From positions 128,001-192,000 of IMG/VR virus record IMGVR_UViG_3300032332_001787: a stretch of 64,000 nt of DNA; one strand, given 5' to 3'. This stretch comes from a virus. Lineage: Duplodnaviria; Caudoviricetes. The notes under the pieces were generated by a model. That model was given only the letters and a program-made list of their open reading frames with translations, was not told the origin of the DNA and searched no databases. The translations under genes were made by a program, and so were the position numbers. This document shows positions 9,697 to 19,205 of the stretch, one piece after another. The first letter of the stretch is position 1; each line of letters begins with the position of its first letter.

Positions 9697-10140
9697 ATGG
9701 AAACATTGCCAACAAATCTAGACGATATATATTCTTCTCTCTCCAAAGAAGAGAGGGATGTATTGGACAATATTCAGAATAAATTATTAAAGGCTATGGA
9801 AATAGCCAAAGAACAAAAATTTGATCATATAGACGAAGAATCTCCAGAAAATGTTCCAGATTTTTCTCAGAAACATCCAGAGATTATACACCCCAAACAT
9901 ATTTCAAAAGCCCCACATGAAATACTCATTACGGTTAAAGCAGAAGTTTCTGAAATTAACGACCAAGGGTATATAGCTTCTACTAAAGATATGACACATA
10001 ATTATTATCATATCCCAGTCCCGGCCCAAGTAGATTATGAGCCATATACCGAAAAGTTTTTTGCTCTATTTACCAAATCCCTACAAGATATCTGTCAAGA
10101 TCTAAACGTCATTCATAAAGATTCCCTAAACAATAAATAA
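9697..10140 (+). CDS. Hypothetical protein
   Basis: 147-aa ORF in a tightly packed operon. Confidence 0.55.
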   Translation: METLPTNLDDIYSSLSKEERDVLDNIQNKLLKAMEIAKEQKFDHIDEESPENVPDFSQKHPEIIHPKHISKAPHEILITVKAEVSEINDQGYIASTKDMTHNYYHIPVPAQVDYEPYTEKFFALFTKSLQDICQDLNVIHKDSLNNK

Positions 10141-10141
10141 A

Positions 10142-10570
10142 ATGGCAGATAAGTACTTATCAAAGTATTCAAATGGAAAGACAGTATCTCCTGCTCAATT
10201 CATTACTGAGATAATCTGTGAGAGAAAAGCCCAGTCCGATAAACAGGATCTCCATTATAGATTTTGGGTTCATGATAAGTGGGCTGCTTTTTATAAGAAT
10301 CAGATAGCATCGGCTCATAAATTACTAAAAAAGAATTCTCCTAATGCCATCATAAGAGCTCTAAATACAGACACGGGCAAAAAAATTTATTCTTTGCGAG
10401 CACCACATCTTGCAGCTATCATAGCAGAACAAGAAGAATTACTAAGCAAAGAAAACACTAGCTTCACAAAAGATATTACTAGAAGCAGTGATGTAAAATT
10501 TACGACTTCGGAAAATAAAGCATCTAAAAATATTATTTCAAAACTTAAGGATTTAGACTATGGCTCTTAA
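10142..10570 (+). CDS. Hypothetical protein
   Basis: 142-aa ORF overlapping the recA start. Confidence 0.6.
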   Translation: MADKYLSKYSNGKTVSPAQFITEIICERKAQSDKQDLHYRFWVHDKWAAFYKNQIASAHKLLKKNSPNAIIRALNTDTGKKIYSLRAPHLAAIIAEQEELLSKENTSFTKDITRSSDVKFTTSENKASKNIISKLKDLDYGS

Positions 10571-11573
10571 AGAAGATATCACAAAAAGCTTTGGCGACAA
10601 CATTGTATTAACTGGCAATGCTATAGTAGACAAAAAACTTATTACTATTCCAGTTAGCCCGTCTTTAGATATAGTTTTAAATGGTGGTATACCAGAAGGC
10701 AGTTTTGTTATATTAACAGGACAACCAAAATGCGGTAAAACCACAACTTCCCTTGATTTCTGTGCTACTGCTCAGAAACCAGAATATGCCTATGGTTCTT
10801 TTAAAGACGGAAGAGAAGTGTACTACCTAAATATCGAAGGTAGATTGAAGAAAAGAGATTTAGAAGGTATACCCGGACTTAATCTTGATAAATTTCATGT
10901 TATAGGTTCTCAAGAGGGTAAAATCTTACACGCAGAAGAATATTTACAAATTGGTGAAAGAATCATTAATGAAGTACCAGGGTCAATTGTAATCATAGAC
11001 TCATATTCTGCATTATGCACAGAGGCGGAAATTACATCAGATATGGATAAAATGCAAAGGGCAGATGGTGCAAAGCTGTTGGCTAAATTTTGTAGAAAAG
11101 TATCTAATGTTATTCCTGTAAATAAAAATATTGTTATCGGTATTACCCATCAGATGGGCAATCCAGGAATGGGTCATTCTGAATGGAAAGAAAAATCTGG
11201 TCAAGCTATTGCTTATCAAACAGACATCAAGCTTAAGGCTAAATTTTTTACTCCTTGGGTTTTAAGTGCTGATAGTGCTCAAATTGGACAAGAAATTCAA
11301 TGGCAAGTAGTCTGTTCTGCTCTTGGCCCTCCGGGAGGAACTATTACTAGTTACATTAGATATGGACAAGGTATTGATAAATATACTGAGTTAGTAAGTT
11401 TAGCTTCTGATATTGGTCTTATCAATAAAGCTGGTGCTTGGTATACTATTACTGGCGTGGAAGGTAAACCAAAATTCCAAGGAACAGAAAAAGTTAGAAC
11501 ATATTTATTGGAACATAAAGATGTATACGAAACTCTTTGGACATCAGTTAAAGAGACTATGGGAATAAAATAA
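10560..11573 (+). CDS. recA: RecA/UvsX-like recombinase
   Basis: SPSLDIVLNGGIPEG, Walker A GQPKCGKTT, Walker B IVIIDS, and AGAWY near the C-terminus. Confidence 0.9.
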   Translation: MALKEDITKSFGDNIVLTGNAIVDKKLITIPVSPSLDIVLNGGIPEGSFVILTGQPKCGKTTTSLDFCATAQKPEYAYGSFKDGREVYYLNIEGRLKKRDLEGIPGLNLDKFHVIGSQEGKILHAEEYLQIGERIINEVPGSIVIIDSYSALCTEAEITSDMDKMQRADGAKLLAKFCRKVSNVIPVNKNIVIGITHQMGNPGMGHSEWKEKSGQAIAYQTDIKLKAKFFTPWVLSADSAQIGQEIQWQVVCSALGPPGGTITSYIRYGQGIDKYTELVSLASDIGLINKAGAWYTITGVEGKPKFQGTEKVRTYLLEHKDVYETLWTSVKETMGIK

Positions 11574-11981
11574 ATGACCGTTAAGGACTTAGATGGACAT
11601 TCTCACTCTTGGCAGCTTACAGGAAATATGGCTAAGGGGAAAGTCGATTACAAATCCAGTTTGCACTTGAAGGCCCGTGAGCTTATTACTAATAGCTACC
11701 CAACACTACAGATTCTCGAAGAAGTACAGATACAATTAAGAAAAGGTGAACTTCTATATCTAGATTTTTATCTGCCTTTAATTAAAACATGTATTGAAGT
11801 ACATGGAGAACAGCATTATAAGTTTGTTGGTTTTTATCATCATAATATGCTAGGATTTGTAAGAGCAAAAAAGAGAGACGGCGAAAAAACAGAATGGTGC
11901 CATCTAAATGGAATTAAACAAATTATTTTGCCTTATGACGAAGATATTCAAAAATGGCAAGAAAGATTAAACAATGAGTAA
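11574..11981 (+). CDS. Vsr/DUF559-like PD-(D/E)XK endonuclease
   Basis: LDFYLP..KTCIEVHGEQHY followed by RDGEKTEWC..NGI. Confidence 0.6.
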   Translation: MTVKDLDGHSHSWQLTGNMAKGKVDYKSSLHLKARELITNSYPTLQILEEVQIQLRKGELLYLDFYLPLIKTCIEVHGEQHYKFVGFYHHNMLGFVRAKKRDGEKTEWCHLNGIKQIILPYDEDIQKWQERLNNE

Positions 11982-12462
11982 AACAGCAAAAGAAGAATTA
12001 CAAGACTGGGATAATATTCTTGATGAATACGAGTCCACAGTAGGTTTACCCAAATACAATCCTACGGTATTGCCAGAGGAAGAATTAAATAAGTATCTTA
12101 CTATGAGTAGAGATGAATTAGAGCGAACCACTCCAGAAGATTGTGCTCAGATTTCTTACAGACTAGCACAATTTTCATTTCATATTCAAAGAACTATAAA
12201 TAGAGAACTAGCCAGACATAACTGGTCAGAAGATACTACTAAAATTGTCATCGCAGATGAAATTAATTCCTATAAAGGATATGGATATGTAGAGAAATCA
12301 TTACAGGCTATTAAAAATAATGAAAAAGCCCAGGCATTAAATAAGATCCGTATTTTTGCTAAACAAAGAACGGATAGGCTGTCATATCTTGCTAATTCAA
12401 TTAAGAACTTGTCCGATATTTTACTTTCTATTCAAAAAATTAAGATGATGAAAAATGGATAA
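11974..12462 (+). CDS. Helical hypothetical protein (possible UvsY-like recombination mediator)
   Basis: Amphipathic helical sequence two genes downstream of recA. The UvsY assignment rests on context only. Confidence 0.4.
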   Translation: MSKTAKEELQDWDNILDEYESTVGLPKYNPTVLPEEELNKYLTMSRDELERTTPEDCAQISYRLAQFSFHIQRTINRELARHNWSEDTTKIVIADEINSYKGYGYVEKSLQAIKNNEKAQALNKIRIFAKQRTDRLSYLANSIKNLSDILLSIQKIKMMKNG

Positions 12463-12871
12463 TATAAATTTAGATCCTCAACAAATTCAACAAATGATAT
12501 TATTATTACAGGCTATGCTTCCTAAGCCAGGTTCTGAGGATACTAATAATCAAGAAATGTCTTTTAAAGTTGCTAAGGCTCCAAAGGCTACAAAATCTTC
12601 TAGATCTAAAAAATCATCTGAAGTTGCTGCTCCCTCAAAGCCAGCAAGACCCAATAAATTTGAGGATATGCCAGAAATAAATATGCATAAAGAAGATATA
12701 GCTCTAGATAAAAAACTATCAATATTACCACCAGTACCCAGAGCTAGAAAATTTGCTAAGATATCTGCAATATGCAGAGTTTGCGGGAAAAAAGAAGAAG
12801 TTAATCCAGCTTTGATTACAGATTCAATTGATAGATATAAATGCAACAAATGTTCTACAGGAGCCGGTTGA
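12455..12871 (+). CDS. Hypothetical protein with C-terminal zinc ribbon
   Basis: CRVC ... CNKC pair. Confidence 0.6.
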   Translation: MDNINLDPQQIQQMILLLQAMLPKPGSEDTNNQEMSFKVAKAPKATKSSRSKKSSEVAAPSKPARPNKFEDMPEINMHKEDIALDKKLSILPPVPRARKFAKISAICRVCGKKEEVNPALITDSIDRYKCNKCSTGAG

Positions 12872-12874
12872 GAA

Positions 12875-14329
12875 ATGATTTTATGTGACGCAGCAGCAGA
12901 AAGAGCTGTTCTTTCCGGAGTTTTTAATTATGGAGAGGATGCCTATTTGGATATTGCAGATATAGTTCAGGAATCGTCTTTTACTATTGATAGCAATTCT
13001 ATTATTTTCAAATGTCTCAAAACTATTTTCGACAGGGAACAAAGACCCAAGATTGATATTGCTACTATCTTTTCTGTTGCTGAAGAATTAAATTATGGTC
13101 ATATCTTAGCCAAAAAAGAAGAAGCTCAACACTTGAAAGCTATTATGGATTTTCCAGTTAGCCTTGAGAATGTTAGGAAATTTGCAGCTAAAATTAGAAA
13201 ACTAGAAATTGCAAGACTATTAAGAAAACAACTAGAACTAGCACAAGAAAAAATATTAGACGTTAATGGTACAGAACCCATAGGTAGTATTCTTGGTATC
13301 GCTGAAGAAACTATTTTTAATTTCACATCTTTATTAAACGATGGAGATAATAATCCAGTTACTATAGGACAAGATCTTGATACCTATATACATAATCTAG
13401 AACACAACAGAGTAGATCAAGTTGGTATCCCTACGGGATTTCCTGTATATGACCAAGCTATAGGTGGAGGTTTGAGAAAAGGAACAGTTAATGTTATTGG
13501 GGCTAGACCCAAAACTGGTAAAACGCTACTGTCAGATAATATGGGTAATAACATAGCCAAGCTAGGAATACCTGTACTTAATATGGATACAGAAATGAAT
13601 AAAGAAGACCATATTAATAGAATATTAGCCATGATGACAGAAATTGAAATTAATGCTATAGAAACAGGTAAGTTTGCAGAATCTCCAGACAAAAAGAATA
13701 AGCTAATAGCGGCGGCAACAGAATTAAAAAAGACTAAGTTATTTCACAAAAGCATTGCTGGTCAACCATTTGAAGATCAGCTAGCGATTATGAGAAGGTG
13801 GGTACTAAAAGAAGTTGGTCTTAATGATGATGGCACAGCTAAAGAATGTGTAATTTTTTATGACTATCTAAAACTAATGGATAGTGCTGGTATGAGTCAG
13901 GATCTTAAAGAATATCAGGTATTAGGATTTATGATGACTTCCTTACATAATTTTGCTACCAGATATAAGGTGCCTATTGTTGCATTTATACAGTTAAATA
14001 GAGATGGTATCACAAAAGAAAGCACAGACTCTGCCAGCGGATCTGATCGTATTATATGGTTATGTAGCAACTTTAGTATCTTCAAACGAAAGACCGCAGA
14101 AGAAATAGCTGAAGATGGACCAGATAATGGAAATCGTAAATTAGTACCATTAATCAGTAGACATGGAGGAGGATTAGACGACAATGACTACATAAATTGT
14201 TTTATGAAGGGTTGGTGTGCTAAGATTACTGAAGGTAGAACAAGATTAGAAGTCATGAACAACAGAGGCAACACATCAGATGGATTCGTCGTTGACAATG
14301 AAAATGCAGAAGAAATATCATTCCAATAA
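12875..14329 (+). CDS. dnaB: DnaB-like replicative helicase
   Basis: AERAVL N-terminal domain, GIPTGF, Walker A GARPKTGKT, IFYDYLKL, QLNR and SGSDRI. Confidence 0.92.
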   Translation: MILCDAAAERAVLSGVFNYGEDAYLDIADIVQESSFTIDSNSIIFKCLKTIFDREQRPKIDIATIFSVAEELNYGHILAKKEEAQHLKAIMDFPVSLENVRKFAAKIRKLEIARLLRKQLELAQEKILDVNGTEPIGSILGIAEETIFNFTSLLNDGDNNPVTIGQDLDTYIHNLEHNRVDQVGIPTGFPVYDQAIGGGLRKGTVNVIGARPKTGKTLLSDNMGNNIAKLGIPVLNMDTEMNKEDHINRILAMMTEIEINAIETGKFAESPDKKNKLIAAATELKKTKLFHKSIAGQPFEDQLAIMRRWVLKEVGLNDDGTAKECVIFYDYLKLMDSAGMSQDLKEYQVLGFMMTSLHNFATRYKVPIVAFIQLNRDGITKESTDSASGSDRIIWLCSNFSIFKRKTAEEIAEDGPDNGNRKLVPLISRHGGGLDDNDYINCFMKGWCAKITEGRTRLEVMNNRGNTSDGFVVDNENAEEISFQ

Positions 14330-15464
14330 AAACGATCAGGCAAAACTAAAAATAGTCTGTGATGATATTTGTGATAATATCGATCTGCTATTGGAGAGTT
14401 TTGATATCGAATATAGGTCTAACGGCAAAATGGTGACAATGGCATGTCCCATTCATGGAGGAGATAATATCTCTGCTGTAAATCTATATCCAGAAGGAGA
14501 AACTTATAGGGGTAACTGGAAATGCAGAACTCATGGTTGTGATAAAGTTTTTAAAGCTTCTGTACTAGGTTTTGTTAGAGGAATACTATCTCATCGCAAA
14601 CACGGATGGATGAAAGATGGAGATACTACATGTTCTTTTAATGAGGCTTTAGACTTTGCTCTAAAATTTATCAAAAAAGATCTTAGTAATATCAAGATAT
14701 CTAAAAGCGAAAGAGATAAAAAAGCTTTTACTAATGTGATCAACTATGTTAGTAAAGCTAGTCAAGAAACCGCACAGACGGCTCAAATGCCAACGAGAGA
14801 ACAAGTTCGTAAATCACTAAATATCCCAGCTCAATATTATATAGATAGAGGTTACTCCGAAAGCATTCTAAATAAATATGATATTGGATTATGCGATAAG
14901 CCACAAAAAGAAATGTATAATAGAATCATTGTGCCGATATATAATAATGATTATACTCATATGATTGGATGTAGTGGCAGAAGCATTTTTGAAAAGTGTC
15001 AGAAGTGTTCTAGTTATCATGATCCAAAGAATATCTGTCCCTCAAATGAAAAAACATGGTTGTTTTCAAAGTGGAAACATAGCACCGACTTCAAAAGTCA
15101 GAACTCTTTGTATAACTTCTGGTTTGCTAAAGAGCATATAACCAAAAGCTCAACAGTGATTTTAGTAGAAAGTCCTGGTAATGTGTGGAGATTAGAAGAA
15201 AACAATATCCATAATAGTGTAGCAATATTTGGTTCTTCATTAAGCGACAGACAAAAAATTATCTTGGATTCGTCAGGAGCTATGACTATTATAGTTCTAA
15301 CCGACAATGATGAAGCTGGAAATAAAGCTGCTGAACAAATTAAAAATAAATGCCAAAATACATATCGGGTTTTTGTTCCCAAAATATCTAAACCAGATGT
15401 TGGAGAAATGAATTCTCAAGAAATAGAAGCAGAAATTAAACAATTTATAGGATCAATATCATGA
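14280..15464 (+). CDS. dnaG: DnaG-like primase (zinc finger plus TOPRIM)
   Basis: CPIHGGDN..WKCRTHGC zinc finger, RIIVPI, TOPRIM ILVES and DNDEAG. The real start may be the ATG at 14298 or 14304. Confidence 0.85.
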   Translation: MDSSLTMKMQKKYHSNKNDQAKLKIVCDDICDNIDLLLESFDIEYRSNGKMVTMACPIHGGDNISAVNLYPEGETYRGNWKCRTHGCDKVFKASVLGFVRGILSHRKHGWMKDGDTTCSFNEALDFALKFIKKDLSNIKISKSERDKKAFTNVINYVSKASQETAQTAQMPTREQVRKSLNIPAQYYIDRGYSESILNKYDIGLCDKPQKEMYNRIIVPIYNNDYTHMIGCSGRSIFEKCQKCSSYHDPKNICPSNEKTWLFSKWKHSTDFKSQNSLYNFWFAKEHITKSSTVILVESPGNVWRLEENNIHNSVAIFGSSLSDRQKIILDSSGAMTIIVLTDNDEAGNKAAEQIKNKCQNTYRVFVPKISKPDVGEMNSQEIEAEIKQFIGSIS

Positions 15465-16090
15465 CAAGAATTATAGCTATAGCGGGCAGGAAACAATCTG
15501 GTAAAAGTACCTCTTGTGATTTTATTAAATCAACTATCTCTAAGATCAATCCCTTAGCATCCACCAAAATATATAGCTTTGCAGATCCTCTCAAGCAGGA
15601 TGTTTGTATAAATATACTGGGTTTAACATATGATCAATGTTATGGATCAGACATTCATAAGAATACTTTAACTAGTTTGAGATGGACAGATATGCCCGGA
15701 TATAATCCTAATATTGTGGCTAAAAACGAATACATGACAGCAAGAGAAGTGATGGAATTTGTAGGAACAAATATATTTAGAGTGATGAAAAATAGTGTCT
15801 GGGTTGATGCTACACTCAATAAAATTAAACAAGAAAATCTAGACTTGGCTATTGTTGCAGATTGTCGATTTCCTAATGAGGTTATGGCTATCAAAAATGC
15901 TGGTGGGTTTGTTATCAGACTAGATTATGATCCATTTAATTCTACTTCAGACAGTGAAATAGCTTTGGATCAACACCTATTTGATTGGAATCATTTTGAT
16001 CTAGTTATAAAGAATAGTACTATGACTATAGATCAAAAAAATGAACAAATATTAAATTTTCTATCAGACAAAGGAACACTACCATTATAA
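15461..16090 (+). CDS. Deoxynucleoside monophosphate kinase
   Basis: P-loop AGRKQSGKS, FADPLK, TAREVMEFVGT and DCRFPNE. Confidence 0.85.
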   Translation: MTRIIAIAGRKQSGKSTSCDFIKSTISKINPLASTKIYSFADPLKQDVCINILGLTYDQCYGSDIHKNTLTSLRWTDMPGYNPNIVAKNEYMTAREVMEFVGTNIFRVMKNSVWVDATLNKIKQENLDLAIVADCRFPNEVMAIKNAGGFVIRLDYDPFNSTSDSEIALDQHLFDWNHFDLVIKNSTMTIDQKNEQILNFLSDKGTLPL

Positions 16091-17127
16091 TAACATATTT
16101 TAGAAGCTCATCATACAATACTCACTCAATGTGTGAGCAACAATATTTTCTTGAATATGTTTTAGGCTATCGAGGTCCGTCAGGACAAAAAGCCGATAAA
16201 GGAACCATAGTTCATAAGGTATTAGAAATCCTTGCAGTTATTAAAAAAGCTCAACAGGATAGTATTGATACTATAGATGACGATGTTATTGGCAAATTAG
16301 AAGTATCTAATTACAGTTTAAATACAATAATCGAAAAAGTATATAAGCATTATACAGAAGCAAATTCTCATCACAAGTGGGCCTTAAAAGACTACAAAGA
16401 CTGTCATGCTTGGGTATATAAAGCTATTGAATTTAATAATGGCATGTTTGATCCTAGAAACAGAAATATTTTATGTCCAGAACAACACTTTGATTTTGAA
16501 ATAAAAAAACCGTGGGCTCAATATTCATATGACACTCCAGAAGGGAAACTAGAAGGATATCTTGCTTTAAAAGGCACTATTGACTTGATCACACTTGTTA
16601 ACGATACTACTATAGAGGTTATTGACTGGAAAACTGGCAAAAGACTAGACTGGGCAACTGGTCAGGAAAAGACTTTGGAAAAACTCCAGAATGACCCTCA
16701 GCTTAGAATATATTATTATGCTATTACTCATTTGTATCCTCATATTAAGAATGTAATTTTTTCAATATACTTTATCAATGACGGTGGTCCATTTTCAATA
16801 TGTTTTGACAAATCTGATTTAGCAAAAACAGAGGACATGTTGCGTCAAAAATTTGAAATAGTCAAAAAAACACAGAAACCAAGATTAAATAAAAGTTGGA
16901 TGTGTACTAAGCTATGTCATTTTGGTAAAACCACTTTTGAGAATACTCACATAGAAGCTCAAGAAGAATACAGAGAAAACCAGACTTGTTCAATTGGTTC
17001 CAAGATGACAAAATGTGAACAAATTAAGCATGATATAAGTCTTTATGGAATGAAGCAAGTTGTAGAAGAATATAAGAATCGCAATCACTCTTTTGGAAAA
17101 TATAAAGCTCCAGGAACTACAGAATGA
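16084..17127 (+). CDS. PD-(D/E)XK RecB-family exonuclease
   Basis: KGTIDLI, IDWKTG and QLRIYY motifs. The frame is open upstream of the track's ATG (16129) and adds ITYFRSSSYNTHS before the conserved Cys, so an ATT (16084) or ATA (16087) start is proposed. Confidence 0.8.
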   Translation: MIITYFRSSSYNTHSMCEQQYFLEYVLGYRGPSGQKADKGTIVHKVLEILAVIKKAQQDSIDTIDDDVIGKLEVSNYSLNTIIEKVYKHYTEANSHHKWALKDYKDCHAWVYKAIEFNNGMFDPRNRNILCPEQHFDFEIKKPWAQYSYDTPEGKLEGYLALKGTIDLITLVNDTTIEVIDWKTGKRLDWATGQEKTLEKLQNDPQLRIYYYAITHLYPHIKNVIFSIYFINDGGPFSICFDKSDLAKTEDMLRQKFEIVKKTQKPRLNKSWMCTKLCHFGKTTFENTHIEAQEEYRENQTCSIGSKMTKCEQIKHDISLYGMKQVVEEYKNRNHSFGKYKAPGTTE

Positions 17128-18998
17128 GTTATTCAGTTTTACATTGTCATAGCATGATGTCTCTGTTGGACGGACTATCCAAGTTTGATGATCTTGCATC
17201 AAGATGTAAGGAAATAGGAGCAACAGCGTGTGCTATAACAGATCATGGCAATATTGCGGGTGCGGTTAAATTTTATCAGTCAATGAAAAAAGCTGGCATT
17301 AAACCCATCCTTGGTTGTGAATTGTATATATGCGAACAAAGTCCTACCATCAAAGAAGTTAGCAATAAAAAACTTAGCCATTTTTTGGTTTTGGCTAAAA
17401 ACCTCAAAGGCTGGAAAAATTTAATCCAGCTAGTTTCCTTGTCCAACAGCCCAGACTTTTATTATCACAAGCCACGCCTCGACCTAGAGACTCTGGCGAG
17501 ATTCTGTGACGGCAACCTCATAGGAATATGCGGCCACCTTGGATCACTATTGGCCGATAAGATAATGGATGACAATAATGAATTAATTAATGATCATATT
17601 AATATAGGAATAGAAACTGCGGAAAAGCTCAAATCAATATTTGGTAATGATAATATATTTCTGGAAGCACAATTAATAGATAAAGAAAATCTACCTATTC
17701 AAGAGTTTTTAACTAATGCAATTAGAGAGATTGGTCAAAGGACTAATATTAAGATCATAGCTACTCCTGATGCTCATTATGCCAGAAAAGAGGATGCTGT
17801 TGATCAAAGAATTTTACTATGCAATAATCTTAAAATGACATTACCAGATATTAGTCGTAAAATTAGCAATAACGAAGATATCCCTATGGGCTGTTTCTTT
17901 TTGTCCGACAATTATCATATTCCTTCATTTGAAGAACTACAAAACATTCATCCCCAAGAAGAATTAGATAATACCAATTATGTCGCAGACCTTATAGAAG
18001 ACTACAACATTCTTGCTAAACCCAGATTGCCACCCTTTGCTTGTCCAGCAGGATATGATCCAGACACATATCTTAGACAGTTATGTAGAGATGGGTGGAA
18101 ACAAAAAATTGCAAAAAAAATACCAGAAGAAGAACAGAATAAATATGTTGAAAGAATCAAATATGAACTAGAAATCCTACAGGGTGCAGGGTTGTCAAGT
18201 TATTTCTTGATTGTGCAAGATATCGTGAACTATGTTAGGAACCAAGGGTGGCTTCCGGGTCCGGGCAGAGGAAGTGCGGCGGGATGTTTAGTGTCGTACT
18301 TAATTAGTATTACTAGTATTGATCCTATAAAATATGATCTTTTATTTGAGAGATTTTATAATCAAGGCCGACAAGAAAAAGGACACGTTTCATTACCAGA
18401 TATTGATGTTGACGTTCCAATTAATAAAAGAGAAGAAGTGATCTCATACATTAAAAATAAATATGGTGCGGACAAGGTTTCTCAAATGGTGACATTTAAC
18501 ACTATGAAAGGCCGTGGAGCTATTAAGGACGTATTAAGAGTGTATGGGAATATATCATTTGATGAGATGAATAATATCACCAAAAGTATTCCGGATGAAG
18601 CAAAAATTGCCGACGAGCTTCAAGAAATGAAAGAAGAAACAGGAGAAGCTTCTATTATTAGGTGGTCTTTAGAAAATAATGTAGAAAAACTCAAAGAATG
18701 GTGCTATATTGACGAAAATAACCAATTACAAGGACCACTTGCCAAAAGATTTGAACAGGCTATAAGATTAGAAGGTACGAAAACCAATCAGTCAAAACAT
18801 GCCGCTGGCATAGCTATAAGTGCTGAGCCACTACAAGAAATTTGCCCCATGGTTTATGACTCAAAAAATAATCAACTAATTGCTGGTATGGAAATGCAAG
18901 ACCTAGAAGCTTTGGGGGTAATTAAATTTGATATTCTTGGTATCGCTATGTTAGATAAAATTATGACTATTCAAGATATACTAGAAAAAGGAGAATAA
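17124..18998 (+). CDS. dnaE: DNA polymerase III alpha, N-terminal half (PHP plus palm/thumb)
   Basis: LHCHS..SLLDG, AITDHGN, GCELY, DAHY, GRGSAAG, LPDIDVD, KHAAG and KFDILG. It ends 18 residues after KFDILG. Confidence 0.95.
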   Translation: MSYSVLHCHSMMSLLDGLSKFDDLASRCKEIGATACAITDHGNIAGAVKFYQSMKKAGIKPILGCELYICEQSPTIKEVSNKKLSHFLVLAKNLKGWKNLIQLVSLSNSPDFYYHKPRLDLETLARFCDGNLIGICGHLGSLLADKIMDDNNELINDHINIGIETAEKLKSIFGNDNIFLEAQLIDKENLPIQEFLTNAIREIGQRTNIKIIATPDAHYARKEDAVDQRILLCNNLKMTLPDISRKISNNEDIPMGCFFLSDNYHIPSFEELQNIHPQEELDNTNYVADLIEDYNILAKPRLPPFACPAGYDPDTYLRQLCRDGWKQKIAKKIPEEEQNKYVERIKYELEILQGAGLSSYFLIVQDIVNYVRNQGWLPGPGRGSAAGCLVSYLISITSIDPIKYDLLFERFYNQGRQEKGHVSLPDIDVDVPINKREEVISYIKNKYGADKVSQMVTFNTMKGRGAIKDVLRVYGNISFDEMNNITKSIPDEAKIADELQEMKEETGEASIIRWSLENNVEKLKEWCYIDENNQLQGPLAKRFEQAIRLEGTKTNQSKHAAGIAISAEPLQEICPMVYDSKNNQLIAGMEMQDLEALGVIKFDILGIAMLDKIMTIQDILEKGE

Positions 18999-18999
18999 A

Positions 19000-19203
19000 A
19001 TGATAAAATTTATGGATTTGGCGGCCGGGTTGAAGTTCACAGCTAGTCTTAATGGAGGCCCTATTACTGAATATATTAAAATTCAAGAAGAACGAATAAG
19101 CTGCTGTTCGGTACTAAATGCTCAGACAACAGGAGCTAATGGTCAAAAAGTACAGTTTCTTCCATTAGCTGAAGTAGAAGAAGTTAAAGAGGAAAACAAA
19201 TAG
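19000..19203 (+). CDS. Small hypothetical protein between the dnaE halves
   Basis: 67-aa ORF with 1-nt and 2-nt gaps to its neighbours and a GGAG upstream. Confidence 0.65.
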   Translation: MIKFMDLAAGLKFTASLNGGPITEYIKIQEERISCCSVLNAQTTGANGQKVQFLPLAEVEEVKEENK

Positions 19204-19205
19204 TA

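Noticed and set aside
16084-17127. Cas4 or CRISPR association of the PD-(D/E)XK nuclease
   Set aside because: There are no repeats, spacers or other cas genes. The replication-operon context fits a phage exonuclease.
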